In this document: positions 40,913 to 51,433 of the stretch, piece by piece
Layout: each line of letters starts with the position of its first letter
How positions within the stretch are numbered: the stretch's first letter is position 1
Source of the DNA: Escherichia phage PSD2002
Length of the DNA stretch: 64,000 nt
Sequence record: OK335775.1
Direction: 5' to 3' (one strand)
Translations under genes and position numbers: made by a program
The notes under the pieces: generated by a model
What the model was told of the DNA's origin: nothing
Seen by the model: only the letters and a program-made list of their open reading frames with translations
Database searches by the model: none

Positions 40913-41864
40913 ATAACAGCCTCGATATTCCATTATTAATAGCACGCCCACCAAATGTATTAACCAATCCTGTTAATCCACTAGAAGCTCCTGAAAGTCT
41001 ACTTAATTTGGCCACTGAAGAACTCAGCGAATTGCTCTCACTTAGCCCAGCGACGCCTTTAATAATCTTATCTTCCAACCACTCATAAGCAGCTTGTTTA
41101 CCAACTGCACCCGTCTGTACACTTCTATAAGCAAATGTAACATCAAATGAAGCAATTTGGTTATCACCGTCGTAGGATAATTCCGGTGACGAAACACCAA
41201 CAGGAACACAACCATTAAGCATTACTACTGTATGGGGTAATCCATTACGAGAATGAAGGTTGACTTGAATGTCGGCTTCAACATCCTCGGGTAATGCTCT
41301 TAATTGTGTAATAGGGTCTTGAACACTATTAACCCAATCATTAAAAGCACGGTAGTTAGCAGCTTCAGAATCCATACGGAAGCTTAATACTAATGGAGAA
41401 TATTCTCTTCCGGTAATTTTGATGTTAGGTGAGTTGTGGTTCAAATCCATTTCATAGTTCAAAGTATTATCCGGGATTTTAACGGCGTGGACTAAAAGAC
41501 CTGCCGTAGGATAGGCCATATTGAAAAAATCCATCAGATATGTACCTACTTCAAACTCCCCTAGTAAGCTCTGCACAACCCTGGATGACATAGCTCCAAT
41601 CAAATATTTACTTATGCCTGACTTACGAATCAACTTCTGAGTGCCCGCTGTCACTAATGTCGTAACACCTTGGGTCAACTCTCCTTGTGTAATACCAAAC
41701 AAATCGCTATTCAATGGGATATTGTTAAATAAAGCTCCACCAAACTGGTCGAGGAGCGCTTGGGATTTAGAAGAAGGAACCGTAGCAAATACTACACTAA
41801 ACAGGTTATTCCTCTGTAGGTCAATATTAATTGCCTGGTTCTGAAATTCTTGTAAAGTATACAT
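40911..41864 (-). CDS. 54: Baseplate tail tube initiator gp54
   Basis: 317 aa; length and order (29-48-54) as T4. Confidence 0.8.
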   Translation of the reverse strand: MYTLQEFQNQAINIDLQRNNLFSVVFATVPSSKSQALLDQFGGALFNNIPLNSDLFGITQGELTQGVTTLVTAGTQKLIRKSGISKYLIGAMSSRVVQSLLGEFEVGTYLMDFFNMAYPTAGLLVHAVKIPDNTLNYEMDLNHNSPNIKITGREYSPLVLSFRMDSEAANYRAFNDWVNSVQDPITQLRALPEDVEADIQVNLHSRNGLPHTVVMLNGCVPVGVSSPELSYDGDNQIASFDVTFAYRSVQTGAVGKQAAYEWLEDKIIKGVAGLSESNSLSSSVAKLSRLSGASSGLTGLVNTFGGRAINNGISRLL

Positions 41865-42952
41865 TAGAATCCTTCCGTATAAAGTGAGCCACGGTTAAGA
41901 GTAATAATTTCACGGAAAGTAACTTCTAAACTAAACGTAGATGGTAAGTTAGGAGCAATAGCCAATCCGTTAAAATGGCCGTCCGGAGTTTTATCAAAAC
42001 GGATACTCTGGATTTGGCATGGACCAAAAATATCTTCACGACCATCATATGAACTGCTATCACCAAAGTTTCGGATATACCAAATGGTTGGGTTACTTAC
42101 CACAATAACATTAGAAAGGAAGCTTGTAATACTTTCCCCTAATAGCTTACCGTCAAACTTGTCAATAGCTTCTTTTTTAAACGTAGAACGATACCAGGTA
42201 TCAATCTTATCTTTTAATTCGCCTGCGAAGGCTGAATTGCCTGTTTCGCCATAAGAATAGTAATTAAAGATTTCATATATTTTAATAATCTGGATAAGGT
42301 CTTGGGCATTTCGTGGAGTCATTTCCCAAGTGAATACCTTAGTACGGTTATCCGGGCCGGCGTACATACTACGAGCTGTAGTGTATATCTGTTCGCCTGA
42401 ATCAGCCATTACGCCGTTAGTCACAGATTCTAATGCACCAAATACCGCGGTACTAGCAACGTTACTTAAAATACCTGTAGCAGTACCACCGCCTTTAGTA
42501 ATTAAGGACTCACCAACATCATTAAATTTGTGTGATACGGAATCCACATCAGATTTAGAACGAGGTAAAAGGATATTAGCTAAGGCTTGGGTATCAAATT
42601 TAACGCCCTTAGTATTTCCACCAAATAAGTTTTTAACAGCACTATATGTTCCACTATTGCCTGTTAATTTGCTGGCTGCACTTGAGAACTTTTTAGTCAT
42701 TTGACTCGAACGGTCGTTACGCAAATCCGGAGATACACGAGAACTAAAATTATATGCGGTAAAAAGCAATCCATTTTTATAGAGGTCGTTTAATACCATA
42801 TCGGTTGAGGTATCATTACCTGAAGCCCGCTCAGCTGGATACTGAGCGGTTACCGTGGTTTTTATTGGTGGTGTTTTAGATTGACCTGCGGAGGTCTTTG
42901 AACCTCCTTTAAACAAGGAGGCTACATCAAAGTCAAGTTCTTTTACTTTCAT
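41864..42952 (-). CDS. 48: Baseplate tail tube cap gp48
   Basis: 362 aa (T4 364 aa), position between 29 and 54. Confidence 0.8.
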   Translation of the reverse strand: MKVKELDFDVASLFKGGSKTSAGQSKTPPIKTTVTAQYPAERASGNDTSTDMVLNDLYKNGLLFTAYNFSSRVSPDLRNDRSSQMTKKFSSAASKLTGNSGTYSAVKNLFGGNTKGVKFDTQALANILLPRSKSDVDSVSHKFNDVGESLITKGGGTATGILSNVASTAVFGALESVTNGVMADSGEQIYTTARSMYAGPDNRTKVFTWEMTPRNAQDLIQIIKIYEIFNYYSYGETGNSAFAGELKDKIDTWYRSTFKKEAIDKFDGKLLGESITSFLSNVIVVSNPTIWYIRNFGDSSSYDGREDIFGPCQIQSIRFDKTPDGHFNGLAIAPNLPSTFSLEVTFREIITLNRGSLYTEGF

Positions 42953-42960
42953 TATTAATC

Positions 42961-44697
42961 CTAATTAACTTTAGTAGCTTGACGCATACCAGGAGCAGGA
43001 GTAGAGGACTGTGGAGGCATATTATAGCTTGTCTTACTCGTTTTCTTGATATTCGTTTGCTGATTTATTTGAGTTGGAGCTTGCTGACTATATTTAGCAT
43101 TTTCCTTTGCTCTCATTTGCTCATCAACCTTTTTAACCTGGGTATTTTCAGGAGATTCCGCTACAGAAGCAGGTTTAGGCTTTTCAGCTTCATTAAATTT
43201 CTCTAAAGATTTATTCATCTTATCAAGTAATTGCTGGATATTAAGGTCTTTCGGTGCCCCACCTTTAGCCATAATAGGGTCGGCCAATTGTTTCTCGATA
43301 TCAGCTTTAAATGCTTTAGCATTTTCGATATCTTTAGAATCTGGCTTCATTATATTATCAGCGGTTTGTGTCAAACGAATAATATCAGCCTGAGCTTTAT
43401 CACGTTTCTTGAAATACTCTAAACGTTCTTCTTCAGGGAGGTCACGGAAGCTTGTGTCAATTCCACCTGCGCGTAATTGGTCGGCTTGTTCTTTAGTAAG
43501 ATTACCGTATTTCTCTGCCTGGTTTATAAGCTCAGGTTTATCCTTATACTTCTTATTCATTTTCTCGGCTGTTTCTAAAGCCTCGGCTGAACGTCTATCA
43601 TGGTACTTGGCCACTTTAGTTTGGTCTTCATCGTCCAAAGTGGCTCCGGTATTTTGCTGATATGACATTAAAGCAGAAGCCTCTACGTTTTCAGCTAAAT
43701 CACCCATACCAGGTATTTTACTTAAAATAGCAGAAATCAACTTAGAAATACCAAGCATTAAAAGTTGTGCCATATTTTTGGTAAGATTAACCATACCACG
43801 AATAATAGCTTCAGCCAGACCTAACCAGTTTCCTTCACTAAACATGGCTTCAGCATTCTTGGCCCATGTCATTAGCCCTTCAAGTAATGGTCCCCACTCT
43901 TTAAACTTATCGTTAAATTCTTTCCACCCTGACTCAAATTGGTCCATGAAATATTGGAAGTATACGCGAATGGCATCTATACCAAATATTAAAAGGACTA
44001 AACCTGCTGCGAGTTTAGCAGCTTCAGCGGCAGCGGTAATGGTATACTTAAAAAGCATGCCTGAAATTCTATCAGCGACGCCTATAGAAGCTTTAAATCC
44101 CTTTTCAGTTATTTTAGTAAGGGCTTCGATTTTCTCGGAAAGAGAAGTCTTATCACCTTCTTTACCTTCATCTGAATTTTTAGGAGGCTCAGGCATAAAT
44201 TCGGCGTCAGGTTTATTATCTTCAGGTGGAAGAATATCTTCAACAACAGCAGGAACTTTAGGAGTTTCGGCCTTAGGTTCTTCTGGAATAGAGTCTTCAA
44301 TAACCTTTAATGAGCTCCCTTCCGGTGGAATAGAAATACCAGAAAATTTAGCCTCCAACATATTAGAAAGCTTATTAATCTTTTCGTTTAATGCATCCGA
44401 AAGAGCTTTAGACTGTTGGGTTTGTTCTGATATGGCTTCGGCCGTTAATTCTGTTCCAGCGACAACATCTTGGACGCTTTTGTCTACTCGGTCTACAGAA
44501 TTAATAATCTGGTTAGACTTTGTCTCAACAACTTCAGAGAGCAATTCAGACGCCGCCTGGGAATCGGATAAAACATCTGATATATTTCCTAATTCGTCGT
44601 TCTGAGTTTGGGCTAGCGCCTCAGCACGACGCTGAGGAGCCATTTCTTCAATCAGTTTATTGCGACGAAAACTATTCTGATTAGATTCGTTCTTCAT
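42961..44697 (-). CDS. 29: Baseplate hub / tail length determinator gp29
   Basis: 578 aa (T4 590 aa), central hydrophobic segment, position after 28. Confidence 0.8.
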   Translation of the reverse strand: MKNESNQNSFRRNKLIEEMAPQRRAEALAQTQNDELGNISDVLSDSQAASELLSEVVETKSNQIINSVDRVDKSVQDVVAGTELTAEAISEQTQQSKALSDALNEKINKLSNMLEAKFSGISIPPEGSSLKVIEDSIPEEPKAETPKVPAVVEDILPPEDNKPDAEFMPEPPKNSDEGKEGDKTSLSEKIEALTKITEKGFKASIGVADRISGMLFKYTITAAAEAAKLAAGLVLLIFGIDAIRVYFQYFMDQFESGWKEFNDKFKEWGPLLEGLMTWAKNAEAMFSEGNWLGLAEAIIRGMVNLTKNMAQLLMLGISKLISAILSKIPGMGDLAENVEASALMSYQQNTGATLDDEDQTKVAKYHDRRSAEALETAEKMNKKYKDKPELINQAEKYGNLTKEQADQLRAGGIDTSFRDLPEEERLEYFKKRDKAQADIIRLTQTADNIMKPDSKDIENAKAFKADIEKQLADPIMAKGGAPKDLNIQQLLDKMNKSLEKFNEAEKPKPASVAESPENTQVKKVDEQMRAKENAKYSQQAPTQINQQTNIKKTSKTSYNMPPQSSTPAPGMRQATKVN

Positions 44698-45208
44698 TTA
44701 AGATATCCATGATTTTAAGCAATCCTTTGATAGGACCATTAGGACCAGGGATAGCTACAGTAGAAGTTATATCGTCGGCCCATGTAGCAACAAAGGCAGG
44801 CATATCCAGAAAATCTGGTACATCATCACCAAGATAAAGAGATTGTAGTACACTATCAACAGGACCAAATGTTTGAAATGGTTCATGTGATTTAAATTTA
44901 AACGTTTTACCTTGGAACTGGAATTCAAGTCGTTGGCAAATATAAAGGTCATTTAAATTATATGTGAATCCATCTTTAGTTACTTTTTCTTTTAATCGTC
45001 CGTTGAATTCTAAAAGGTGTAAAGCAGCAAAATCTGTTTCTGCTGCAGACAGTCCTTTACAAATGGATTCCATTGTCATATAGAGGGCCTTGTAAGGGTC
45101 CTTTTCATCTTTAACCAATTTCTGGTGTTTAAGACCCAATTTAGGAATGGAAATCTCTTTGTCACCCAGCGTTATTTTCTTGATCGGGAGTATCAGTTTT
45201 AAGTTCAT
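44681..45208 (-). CDS. 28: Baseplate hub distal subunit gp28
   Basis: 175 aa from ATG with GAAGGT RBS (track start 45250 lacks RBS); position between 27 and 29. Confidence 0.65.
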   Translation of the reverse strand: MNLKLILPIKKITLGDKEISIPKLGLKHQKLVKDEKDPYKALYMTMESICKGLSAAETDFAALHLLEFNGRLKEKVTKDGFTYNLNDLYICQRLEFQFQGKTFKFKSHEPFQTFGPVDSVLQSLYLGDDVPDFLDMPAFVATWADDITSTVAIPGPNGPIKGLLKIMDILNEERI

Positions 45209-46331
45209 TTTTAACCTTCGGCGGTTCTTCAATCTTAATAGGCTTACCATTAGTAAACATATAAAGGTTTGTAATTGATGTATTGTTACTCACTTCATGA
45301 ATAACTTCGTCTACATAAAAATCGTACTGGAATTGGTTTTTAGGGTCATAGAAATTAATCTTATCGCCTGGAGTTAGTTCAAAGTTACCATATACCTTAC
45401 AATGAGCGTATCCATCGTATTGGGCCATAGTAACTAATCTATCGGCTTCTTCAAAACCGTTTCGGTAGGTATAATCAGAATATCCACCGGAGCGAGAAAC
45501 CAATATACTGTTTTGCCCGTCACCAAAAGTAATTCGTGTGGCGTTTTTGTCTAAGAAAGAGTGGGCGTATACAGTAGCGTTTTCATATGGTTTTCTGGAA
45601 TGTTGGTTGGCTTTAGTTAACCATTCAAAATCAAATGCGATAGGTGTATCCATATCTTGAACGTATTGACCTATTAATCGCGGCTCACCCACTACAAAAT
45701 TAATAGGCTCTTGGTTAACCATAAATTCGTAGTCCATGATAGAAATACCATCTATATCTTCCCAGACAAATACAAATTTATCAGATTCAACGGCCATACC
45801 TACTTCTCGTACAAATTCCATATAACGGTCCATTGAATCACACCAAGGAACATTAGGAACGTAAACGTTTATCCCGTTCAAAGGAGGAGCAAGAAGCGGA
45901 CGGTCTTGATAAATAACACCAATCATTTCAGTTAATGTTTCTTGAACACTCGGGAAGAACATACGACTAAATTTAAGATTCTCTAAAAAGTGGATTGGGG
46001 CGAGTTGTATTGTTATGATATTGTCGCCCTTCGAATCCACTCCTACAGCAAAGTGTTTACTTCCATAAATTCTTGATTGGGTACGTTCAGAGTTAGCATT
46101 CTTAACAGAAATTTGAATAATCTGCTCACCGTCCATTTTAGTATGAAGGTTCTTTGCATCATAAAACTGAAGCAACCCTTCATTACTACCGTAAAGCCCA
46201 TCTCGCATTGTTAGAGTAGTAAATGTCGCGCCTAGTTCAACAAAACGATGCTCTAACCAGGCGTCATAATCTTCGTAAAGGCGTATACTAATATTAGGAA
46301 AGCCTTCACGTTGCATAGTTTTTGAACTCAT
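45162..46331 (-). CDS. 27: Baseplate hub subunit gp27
   Basis: 389 aa (T4 391 aa); AAGGA RBS; ATGA overlap with gene 51. Confidence 0.85.
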   Translation of the reverse strand: MSSKTMQREGFPNISIRLYEDYDAWLEHRFVELGATFTTLTMRDGLYGSNEGLLQFYDAKNLHTKMDGEQIIQISVKNANSERTQSRIYGSKHFAVGVDSKGDNIITIQLAPIHFLENLKFSRMFFPSVQETLTEMIGVIYQDRPLLAPPLNGINVYVPNVPWCDSMDRYMEFVREVGMAVESDKFVFVWEDIDGISIMDYEFMVNQEPINFVVGEPRLIGQYVQDMDTPIAFDFEWLTKANQHSRKPYENATVYAHSFLDKNATRITFGDGQNSILVSRSGGYSDYTYRNGFEEADRLVTMAQYDGYAHCKVYGNFELTPGDKINFYDPKNQFQYDFYVDEVIHEVSNNTSITNLYMFTNGKPIKIEEPPKVKNELKTDTPDQENNAG

Positions 46332-47080
46332 TTCTTAAGGTCCTTTTCAACCAAAGACAAAGCAATACCGCGTTCGATTGGAATCATCTGCATAATGCTT
46401 TCTAATGAATAATTGTTCTTTACCAGTAAATGGTTTATTTGGTAAAATAAAAATATCTCATCCGGGTTGACTATAAGCTTAAACACCTCTAAAATATCGG
46501 TATACGTAATTGTTCTACGATTACAGCATCCATATTTTAGTTCAAAATTAATAGGGCTAGTTTGTTTGACTATATCCTCTAAAGTGGATAAGTCTATAGC
46601 ATCTATTACGGCTAATTGGTCTTCTTCAGAAAGGTCAGTCCAATTATATTTCCCGTTTTCATCTTCCACGGTTTGGAGGGTGTTCAGAATCAATTCGGAT
46701 TTGTCTTGATATTCTATTTCCGGAAATTTGAATGTTAGCTTCAAGCCGGCCACTTCAATTGTGGGATTATCTAACTTGGTCTGTTTCAAATTGAATAAAA
46801 CTTGTCTATCCTTTTCACACTTACTACAAGTGTATCGGATAGGAATTTTGGTCTTGCCGAGTGATGACGTATAAAGTTCAATGAACATATATGGGCGCCA
46901 TGACATAGGATATTCACCGAAGTATTCTTCCAGTAACTCATCTAAAATTTGTTTTTGCTCTTCAGGTGATTTATTATTCATGTCATTTCGAATCAAAATA
47001 AAATCACGATAATCAGCTACTGTAAAAGGTTTAAATCGGTGGACTCCATCAGGCATTTCACAACGTACTATATTAGCCAT
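46328..47080 (-). CDS. 51: Baseplate hub assembly catalyst gp51
   Basis: 250 aa from [12 protein letters not shown] (track start 47131 lacks RBS and overlaps gene 26 start); late promoter and AAGAGGA RBS upstream. Confidence 0.7.
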   Translation of the reverse strand: MANIVRCEMPDGVHRFKPFTVADYRDFILIRNDMNNKSPEEQKQILDELLEEYFGEYPMSWRPYMFIELYTSSLGKTKIPIRYTCSKCEKDRQVLFNLKQTKLDNPTIEVAGLKLTFKFPEIEYQDKSELILNTLQTVEDENGKYNWTDLSEEDQLAVIDAIDLSTLEDIVKQTSPINFELKYGCCNRRTITYTDILEVFKLIVNPDEIFLFYQINHLLVKNNYSLESIMQMIPIERGIALSLVEKDLKK

Positions 47081-47100
47081 AGGGTGTCCTCTTATTGATG

Positions 47101-47112
47101 TATTTATAAATA
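47101..47112. promoter_or_regulatory. Palindromic divergent late promoters TATTTATAAATA serving gene 51 (minus) and gene 26 (plus)
   Basis: TATAAATA readable on both strands within a 12-nt perfect palindrome; RBS and ATG on each side. Confidence 0.7.
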
Positions 47113-47130
47113 AGCTTAAAGGAGAAGACA

Positions 47131-47754
47131 ATGAATTATACTTTTGACGTAAAAATTAAAAACAAAACCATAAAATGCAGAGCATTTACCCTCAGAGAGT
47201 ATAAGGACTTGCTCCAAGCTAAATTAGAAGGCAGAATAGAGTCCTTTATCAATGAACTCATTTCGAATTGCACAGATGCTCGTGATTTAAACAAGCAAGA
47301 ATCTGAGCTCCTGGTGATAAACCTGTGGGCCCATTCATTAGCTGAAGTGAATATAGAACGTGAGTGGAGTTGTAGTTGTGGCCGCTCACAGGTTGTCCCT
47401 ATGACACTAACTCGAGCAACATTGGGTAAAGAGCCGGATGTTATTAAAGACTTTGGCAACTTTAAAATTGTTTTCAGATATCCTAAACTCTTTGAAGATA
47501 AAAATAGAGCTATGATGGTCGCAGGGTGTATCGATTATATTTTAACTTCTGCAGGCGAAAAGCTTCTTCTTTCCGATTTAAGCGGTGCGGAACTTGATGA
47601 CCTTTATTCTGTGATAACAGAAAAAGATATAAAAGAAGTTTATGATGCACTAGTCGCCCCTAAGCCTATTTTGGCTATACCTATTTCTTGTGAATGTGGT
47701 GAACACACCGTCCACGTTATTGAGGGACTTAAAGAGTTCTTTAAGGTGATGTAA
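47131..47754 (+). CDS. 26: Baseplate hub subunit gp26
   Basis: 207 aa (T4 208 aa), divergent from 51 as in T4. Confidence 0.75.
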   Translation: MNYTFDVKIKNKTIKCRAFTLREYKDLLQAKLEGRIESFINELISNCTDARDLNKQESELLVINLWAHSLAEVNIEREWSCSCGRSQVVPMTLTRATLGKEPDVIKDFGNFKIVFRYPKLFEDKNRAMMVAGCIDYILTSAGEKLLLSDLSGAELDDLYSVITEKDIKEVYDALVAPKPILAIPISCECGEHTVHVIEGLKEFFKVM

Positions 47755-48143
47755 TGAATATCAATAAAATGTATTCAGATTTAGACCCTGAAATGAGGAC
47801 GTCTTGGAATAGAGACGTCGCTAAAGCTACAGGTGCTCGCGCAGTAAAAAATAGTTTGTTAGGCATTATTACTACTCGCAAGGGTTCGCGCCCTTTTATG
47901 CCTGAATTCGGTTGTGACATCAGCAACCAATTGTTTGAGAATATTACTCCATTAATCACGGATACCATTAAGCGTAATATAGTTTCCGCAGTGCGGAACT
48001 TCGAACCCAGAATTTCTGCTCTAGCTGTAGGTGTGACACCTGTGTACGATGATAACTCGATTATCGTGACCGTTCAGTTTAGTATCGTTGATGACCCAGA
48101 TACATTAGAGCAAATTAGAATCCAGCTCTCACAGAGTGGTTAA
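47754..48143 (+). CDS. 25: Baseplate wedge subunit gp25
   Basis: 129 aa (T4 132 aa); ATGA overlap with gene 26. Confidence 0.8.
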   Translation: MNINKMYSDLDPEMRTSWNRDVAKATGARAVKNSLLGIITTRKGSRPFMPEFGCDISNQLFENITPLITDTIKRNIVSAVRNFEPRISALAVGVTPVYDDNSIIVTVQFSIVDDPDTLEQIRIQLSQSG

Positions 48144-48170
48144 TTGCTGTTCAAATGAATAGTGTATAAT
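48144..48170 (+). promoter_or_regulatory. Possible middle promoter for uvsY
   Basis: MotA-box-like ttgctgtt about 13 nt upstream of -10 tataat. Confidence 0.3.
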
Positions 48171-48201
48171 GGTCCTATGGTTATTACACAGGAAACATGC
48201 G

Positions 48202-48636
48202 ATGAGTAAAGAGATTGAGTACAAGTTGGAGTCGTTTCAAGATGCTTTGGATGAAGATTTAAAGATTGATGGGACTCGTTTACAGTACGAAGTACAGAAC
48301 AACGTTTTGCTGCACAGCAAATGGCTAAGGCTGTATACGAATTGTAAGAAAGAAATAATGAGATTAGAAATCCAGAAAAAGACCTCACTTAAGAAGCGAT
48401 TAGATTTCTACACGGGACGTGGAGAGCCTGGTGATGAGGTTTGTATGGACCAATATGAGAAATCTGAATTAAAGACCGTTATGGCTGCGGATTCTAGTGT
48501 AATTAAAATCGACACATCAATTCAGTATTGGGCTTTATTACAAGACTTTTGTAGTTCAGCACTTGATGCTATTAAGGCGCGTGGTTTTAACCTTAAGACC
48601 ATGCATGAGATGAGACAATTTGAGGCGGGCAAATGA
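48202..48636 (+). CDS. uvsY: Recombination mediator UvsY
   Basis: 144 aa from MSKEIEYK; ...LQYE.QNNV.L.SKWL...RLE.QKK..LK.RLD.Y.GRG...MD.YEKSE.KTV...D....DTS.QYW..L.DFCS.ALDAIK.RGF... matches T4 UvsY. Confidence 0.85.
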   Translation: MSKEIEYKLESFQDALDEDLKIDGTRLQYEVQNNVLLHSKWLRLYTNCKKEIMRLEIQKKTSLKKRLDFYTGRGEPGDEVCMDQYEKSELKTVMAADSSVIKIDTSIQYWALLQDFCSSALDAIKARGFNLKTMHEMRQFEAGK

Positions 48637-48737
48637 GTTATCGTAAACCAGTCATCAATAAATGCCCTAAACCATCTAAAGAGCGGATGGACGAACTCCA
48701 AAAATTCATTAATGCTGCTTTAGCAAGTAATAAATAG
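48633..48737 (+). CDS. Possible small protein (34 aa, uvsY.-1 position)
   Basis: ATGA overlap with uvsY stop; not in ORF track. Confidence 0.3.
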   Translation: MSYRKPVINKCPKPSKERMDELQKFINAALASNK

Positions 48738-48765
48738 GTATGTAAGTTAAACTAAGGAGACAATC

Positions 48766-48933
48766 ATGTCAGATAAGATTTGCGTTGTCTGTAAAACTCC
48801 AATCGATGCTGCATTGGTTGTTGAAACAGAAAAAGGTCCGGTTCATCCGGGCTCATGCTATAATTACGTTCAAAGCCTGCCGGTTACGGAAAACACTGAA
48901 GAACAGCTGAACGAAACCCAATTACTACTTTAG
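48766..48933 (+). CDS. Small Cys-containing protein (55 aa, uvsY.-2 position)
   Basis: AAGGAGA RBS; MSDKICVVCKTPID...HPGSCYNY (CxxC...C, zinc-ribbon-like); followed by terminator. Confidence 0.4.
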   Translation: MSDKICVVCKTPIDAALVVETEKGPVHPGSCYNYVQSLPVTENTEEQLNETQLLL

Positions 48934-48962
48934 TCTAGTGTGTATAGCCATTTATGGTTATT

Positions 48963-48990
48963 GGCCCTTCCGAAAGGTTGGGCCTTTTTT
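48963..48990 (+). terminator. Rho-independent terminator
   Basis: ggcccttcc-gaaa-ggttgggcc stem followed by TTTTTT. Confidence 0.65.
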
Positions 48991-48992
48991 GT

Positions 48993-49220
48993 TTAGAAAT
49001 CTTCCTCTTCCTCGTCGTCCATCGACTCCAATTCAGCTCTCTTACCAGCCAATGCATCACGCACGCTAATATCATCCGAATCACGAAGTTCGGCTTCCTT
49101 ACTACGAGTTTTGTAATACTTTTCCAATTCCTTCAGACCATCCATAGTCTGACAAGAACCAATTTTAGCCATGAAGCTTTCAATAGATGCTTCTTGAATA
49201 ACTTCTTTAAAGGTTTTCAT
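48993..49220 (-). CDS. UvsW.1-like small acidic protein
   Basis: 75 aa, acidic C-terminus (DDEEEEDF); lies downstream of uvsW as T4 uvsW.1 does, but here separated from uvsW by an endonuclease gene. Confidence 0.5.
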   Translation of the reverse strand: MKTFKEVIQEASIESFMAKIGSCQTMDGLKELEKYYKTRSKEAELRDSDDISVRDALAGKRAELESMDDEEEEDF

Positions 49221-49912
49221 AAATCCACCTGTTTCATTAAATTTCTGATTTTGTGACGAGAAAGACCCGTGGCTTCAGAAGCTTGTTTCATCGAGCCATA
49301 TTCAACACCATTTATAGTAACCTTTTTAGCTGCCGGGTTTTTAGATGGGTCTTTATATCTTTCTTTAGCTTTATCTGAAATTTTCTTAGAAGCTTCAGGG
49401 GTATGATTTTTACCATACATGCCGTTGCCGGCACCGGAATTTCTTTCAGATATAGCTTGACATTGTTCTTGCGTGTATTTATAAGGATTCGCTTTTTTAG
49501 TTGCAGATATTTTATCGCCCCATAAAATAGGTCTACCTTTAAATAAATTGCTCATATATTCTTTATGAGCTTCAGTGTGGTGCTTACCGTAAAATGGATT
49601 TCCTTCTCCAGTCTGAAGAATTGCCAATTGCCTACGTTCCCACCCATATGATTTACTAAATTGTCTTTTATGAGTCCTGGAGCTCATACCCATAGAAATA
49701 ACAGCTTTTATGAGACCGTAGTTATTTGGATAAATTTTGGCCAGTAATTTATGAGCTATAAAATGTTCTTCTGGGGTAAGGCGTACTCTATTTTCTTGAG
49801 TATCAGGCCCACCAATACACGACGGGATAATATGATGAGATTCTGTATAACCCATAGGTTTAGAAGCCTTTCGGCTTCTAATTAAATTGTCATAAATTTT
49901 TTGATAATTCAA
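49217..49912 (-). CDS. Free-standing HNH homing endonuclease (I-TevIII/Mob-like)
   Basis: 231 aa starting at TTG overlapping uvsW TGA; N-terminus MNYQKIY; HNH core GYTESHHIIPSCIGGPDTQENRVRLTPEEHFIAH; two NUMOD3-like repeats (G.GNP.YGKHHT.EA, G.GNGMYGKNHT.EASKKIS); C-terminal HTH-like INGVEYGSMKQASEATGLSRHKIRN. Confidence 0.8.
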   Translation of the reverse strand: MNYQKIYDNLIRSRKASKPMGYTESHHIIPSCIGGPDTQENRVRLTPEEHFIAHKLLAKIYPNNYGLIKAVISMGMSSRTHKRQFSKSYGWERRQLAILQTGEGNPFYGKHHTEAHKEYMSNLFKGRPILWGDKISATKKANPYKYTQEQCQAISERNSGAGNGMYGKNHTPEASKKISDKAKERYKDPSKNPAAKKVTINGVEYGSMKQASEATGLSRHKIRNLMKQVDL

Positions 49913-51405
49913 ATTTGGACCTCTTTCATGACATAATTAAATTTCTCGTCTGCGTACCGTTGAATACGTTCTAATCCATGTTTTAATGCATAATTTAGGT
50001 GAATGTATTTCTTTTTAGAATCTTTGGATTTAGGTTTCACCCCCATGTCATCGATGATGTCAAAAACTTGGGCTGTTGTTTTAGATTTGTGTTTACGTAA
50101 AACCCTTCCTATGGTTTGCAGTACCGTTACCTTGGATTTTACTGGATGGGCAAATACAACGTGGTGAAGGTTCTTAACGGAAATACCTGTAGAGAACACA
50201 CCATAACTTGCCACAACAATAATACCCTTACCATTTTCCGCCATTACCTTCAGAGCATTACGCGTTTCGGTATTAACTTCACCCGATACGTAATAAACTT
50301 CTTTATGTTGCTCTTTAACCATTTCAAAAAGAGTTTTACCGTGTTCGATGTTTTTAAACATCAGGAATACGTTCTCTTCTTTCTTAGCGAGTTTAACAGC
50401 TAAATTAGCAACCCATTTATTACGACGAGTAGCCTTAGTAATGACCTTGATTTCTGATTGGTAATCTTTACCTTTCATTTTAACCGTGAATTCGTCTGGG
50501 TATCGAAGGAAAATACTGTTGATTTTAAGGTCAGTAACCTGTCCTTCTTCCATTAATTGGGAGGTGGATACTGGCTTAAACACATCACCAAACAAGCCCA
50601 TATATTGCATTAAATTAGCTTTACCATCTTTTAAAGAACCCGACAAACCGAATTTAAACATACAGTTGGTTAGGCCTTCGATGATAGTAGAAATAGATTT
50701 ACCTGTAGCCAAATGGCATTCGTCGTTCATAAACATACCGAACTGAGCAAACCATTCTTTAGGTTGCTTGATAGCGGTTTGATAAGTTGAAACATAAATC
50801 ATTGCATCGGAATCACGAGCAGTACCTGAACGAATACCAAGCATTGCGGCTTTAGGGAACAGACGATAATCGATGAAGTCATTAATCATCTGGTCGACAA
50901 GTGCAGTAGTAGGAACTAATATAAGGATTTTACCTTCATAGTTCTCAACGTAATATCGACTCAGGAGCGCCTGGATTAATGATTTACCTGCGGATGTAGG
51001 TAAATTCAGAATTGCACGACGTTTTGTCAGGCCGTTGTATACGGCTTCATTCTGATACCAATGAGGCTCAATCTTGGTAGACCCTGAATAAATTTCTTGA
51101 GAAGCCACCCATGAGTCAAAATCTTCACGAGAAATATCTTCCTGTTCAAGAATACGTGGGTCAATCCACAGAGAGTATTCAAATTGTTCAGCGAACTTTT
51201 TAATTTGAGGAACCAATCCATATGGCAGTTTACGGTTATAATCCAGAAGGCGAATACGTCCGTCCCATTGACCATAACGAAATTTAGGGTTGAATTTATA
51301 TCCATCAGCTTCAAAGCTAAAATAGTCTCTGAGTTCGTAGAATGTAGATTCATCGCATTCAATACGGACATGACTAAAATTATCAAAATGTACTTGAATT
51401 TGCAT
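49909..51405 (-). CDS. uvsW: DNA helicase UvsW
   Basis: 498 aa; SF2 helicase motifs (PTSAGKS Walker A, DECH box) and end-to-end similarity to T4 UvsW. Confidence 0.9.
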   Translation of the reverse strand: MQIQVHFDNFSHVRIECDESTFYELRDYFSFEADGYKFNPKFRYGQWDGRIRLLDYNRKLPYGLVPQIKKFAEQFEYSLWIDPRILEQEDISREDFDSWVASQEIYSGSTKIEPHWYQNEAVYNGLTKRRAILNLPTSAGKSLIQALLSRYYVENYEGKILILVPTTALVDQMINDFIDYRLFPKAAMLGIRSGTARDSDAMIYVSTYQTAIKQPKEWFAQFGMFMNDECHLATGKSISTIIEGLTNCMFKFGLSGSLKDGKANLMQYMGLFGDVFKPVSTSQLMEEGQVTDLKINSIFLRYPDEFTVKMKGKDYQSEIKVITKATRRNKWVANLAVKLAKKEENVFLMFKNIEHGKTLFEMVKEQHKEVYYVSGEVNTETRNALKVMAENGKGIIVVASYGVFSTGISVKNLHHVVFAHPVKSKVTVLQTIGRVLRKHKSKTTAQVFDIIDDMGVKPKSKDSKKKYIHLNYALKHGLERIQRYADEKFNYVMKEVQI

Positions 51406-51419
51406 AAGTAATTCTCAGT

Positions 51420-51427
51420 TATAAATA
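51420..51427 (+). promoter_or_regulatory. Late promoter TATAAATA for inh-hoc
   Basis: Exact TATAAATA about 33 nt upstream of ATG at 51461. Confidence 0.6.
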
Positions 51428-51433
51428 TAGTTA

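Noticed and set aside
43778-44605. 275-aa plus-strand ORF antisense to gene 29
   Set aside because: Ser/Leu-rich antisense frame of a well-supported baseplate hub gene; no regulatory signals.
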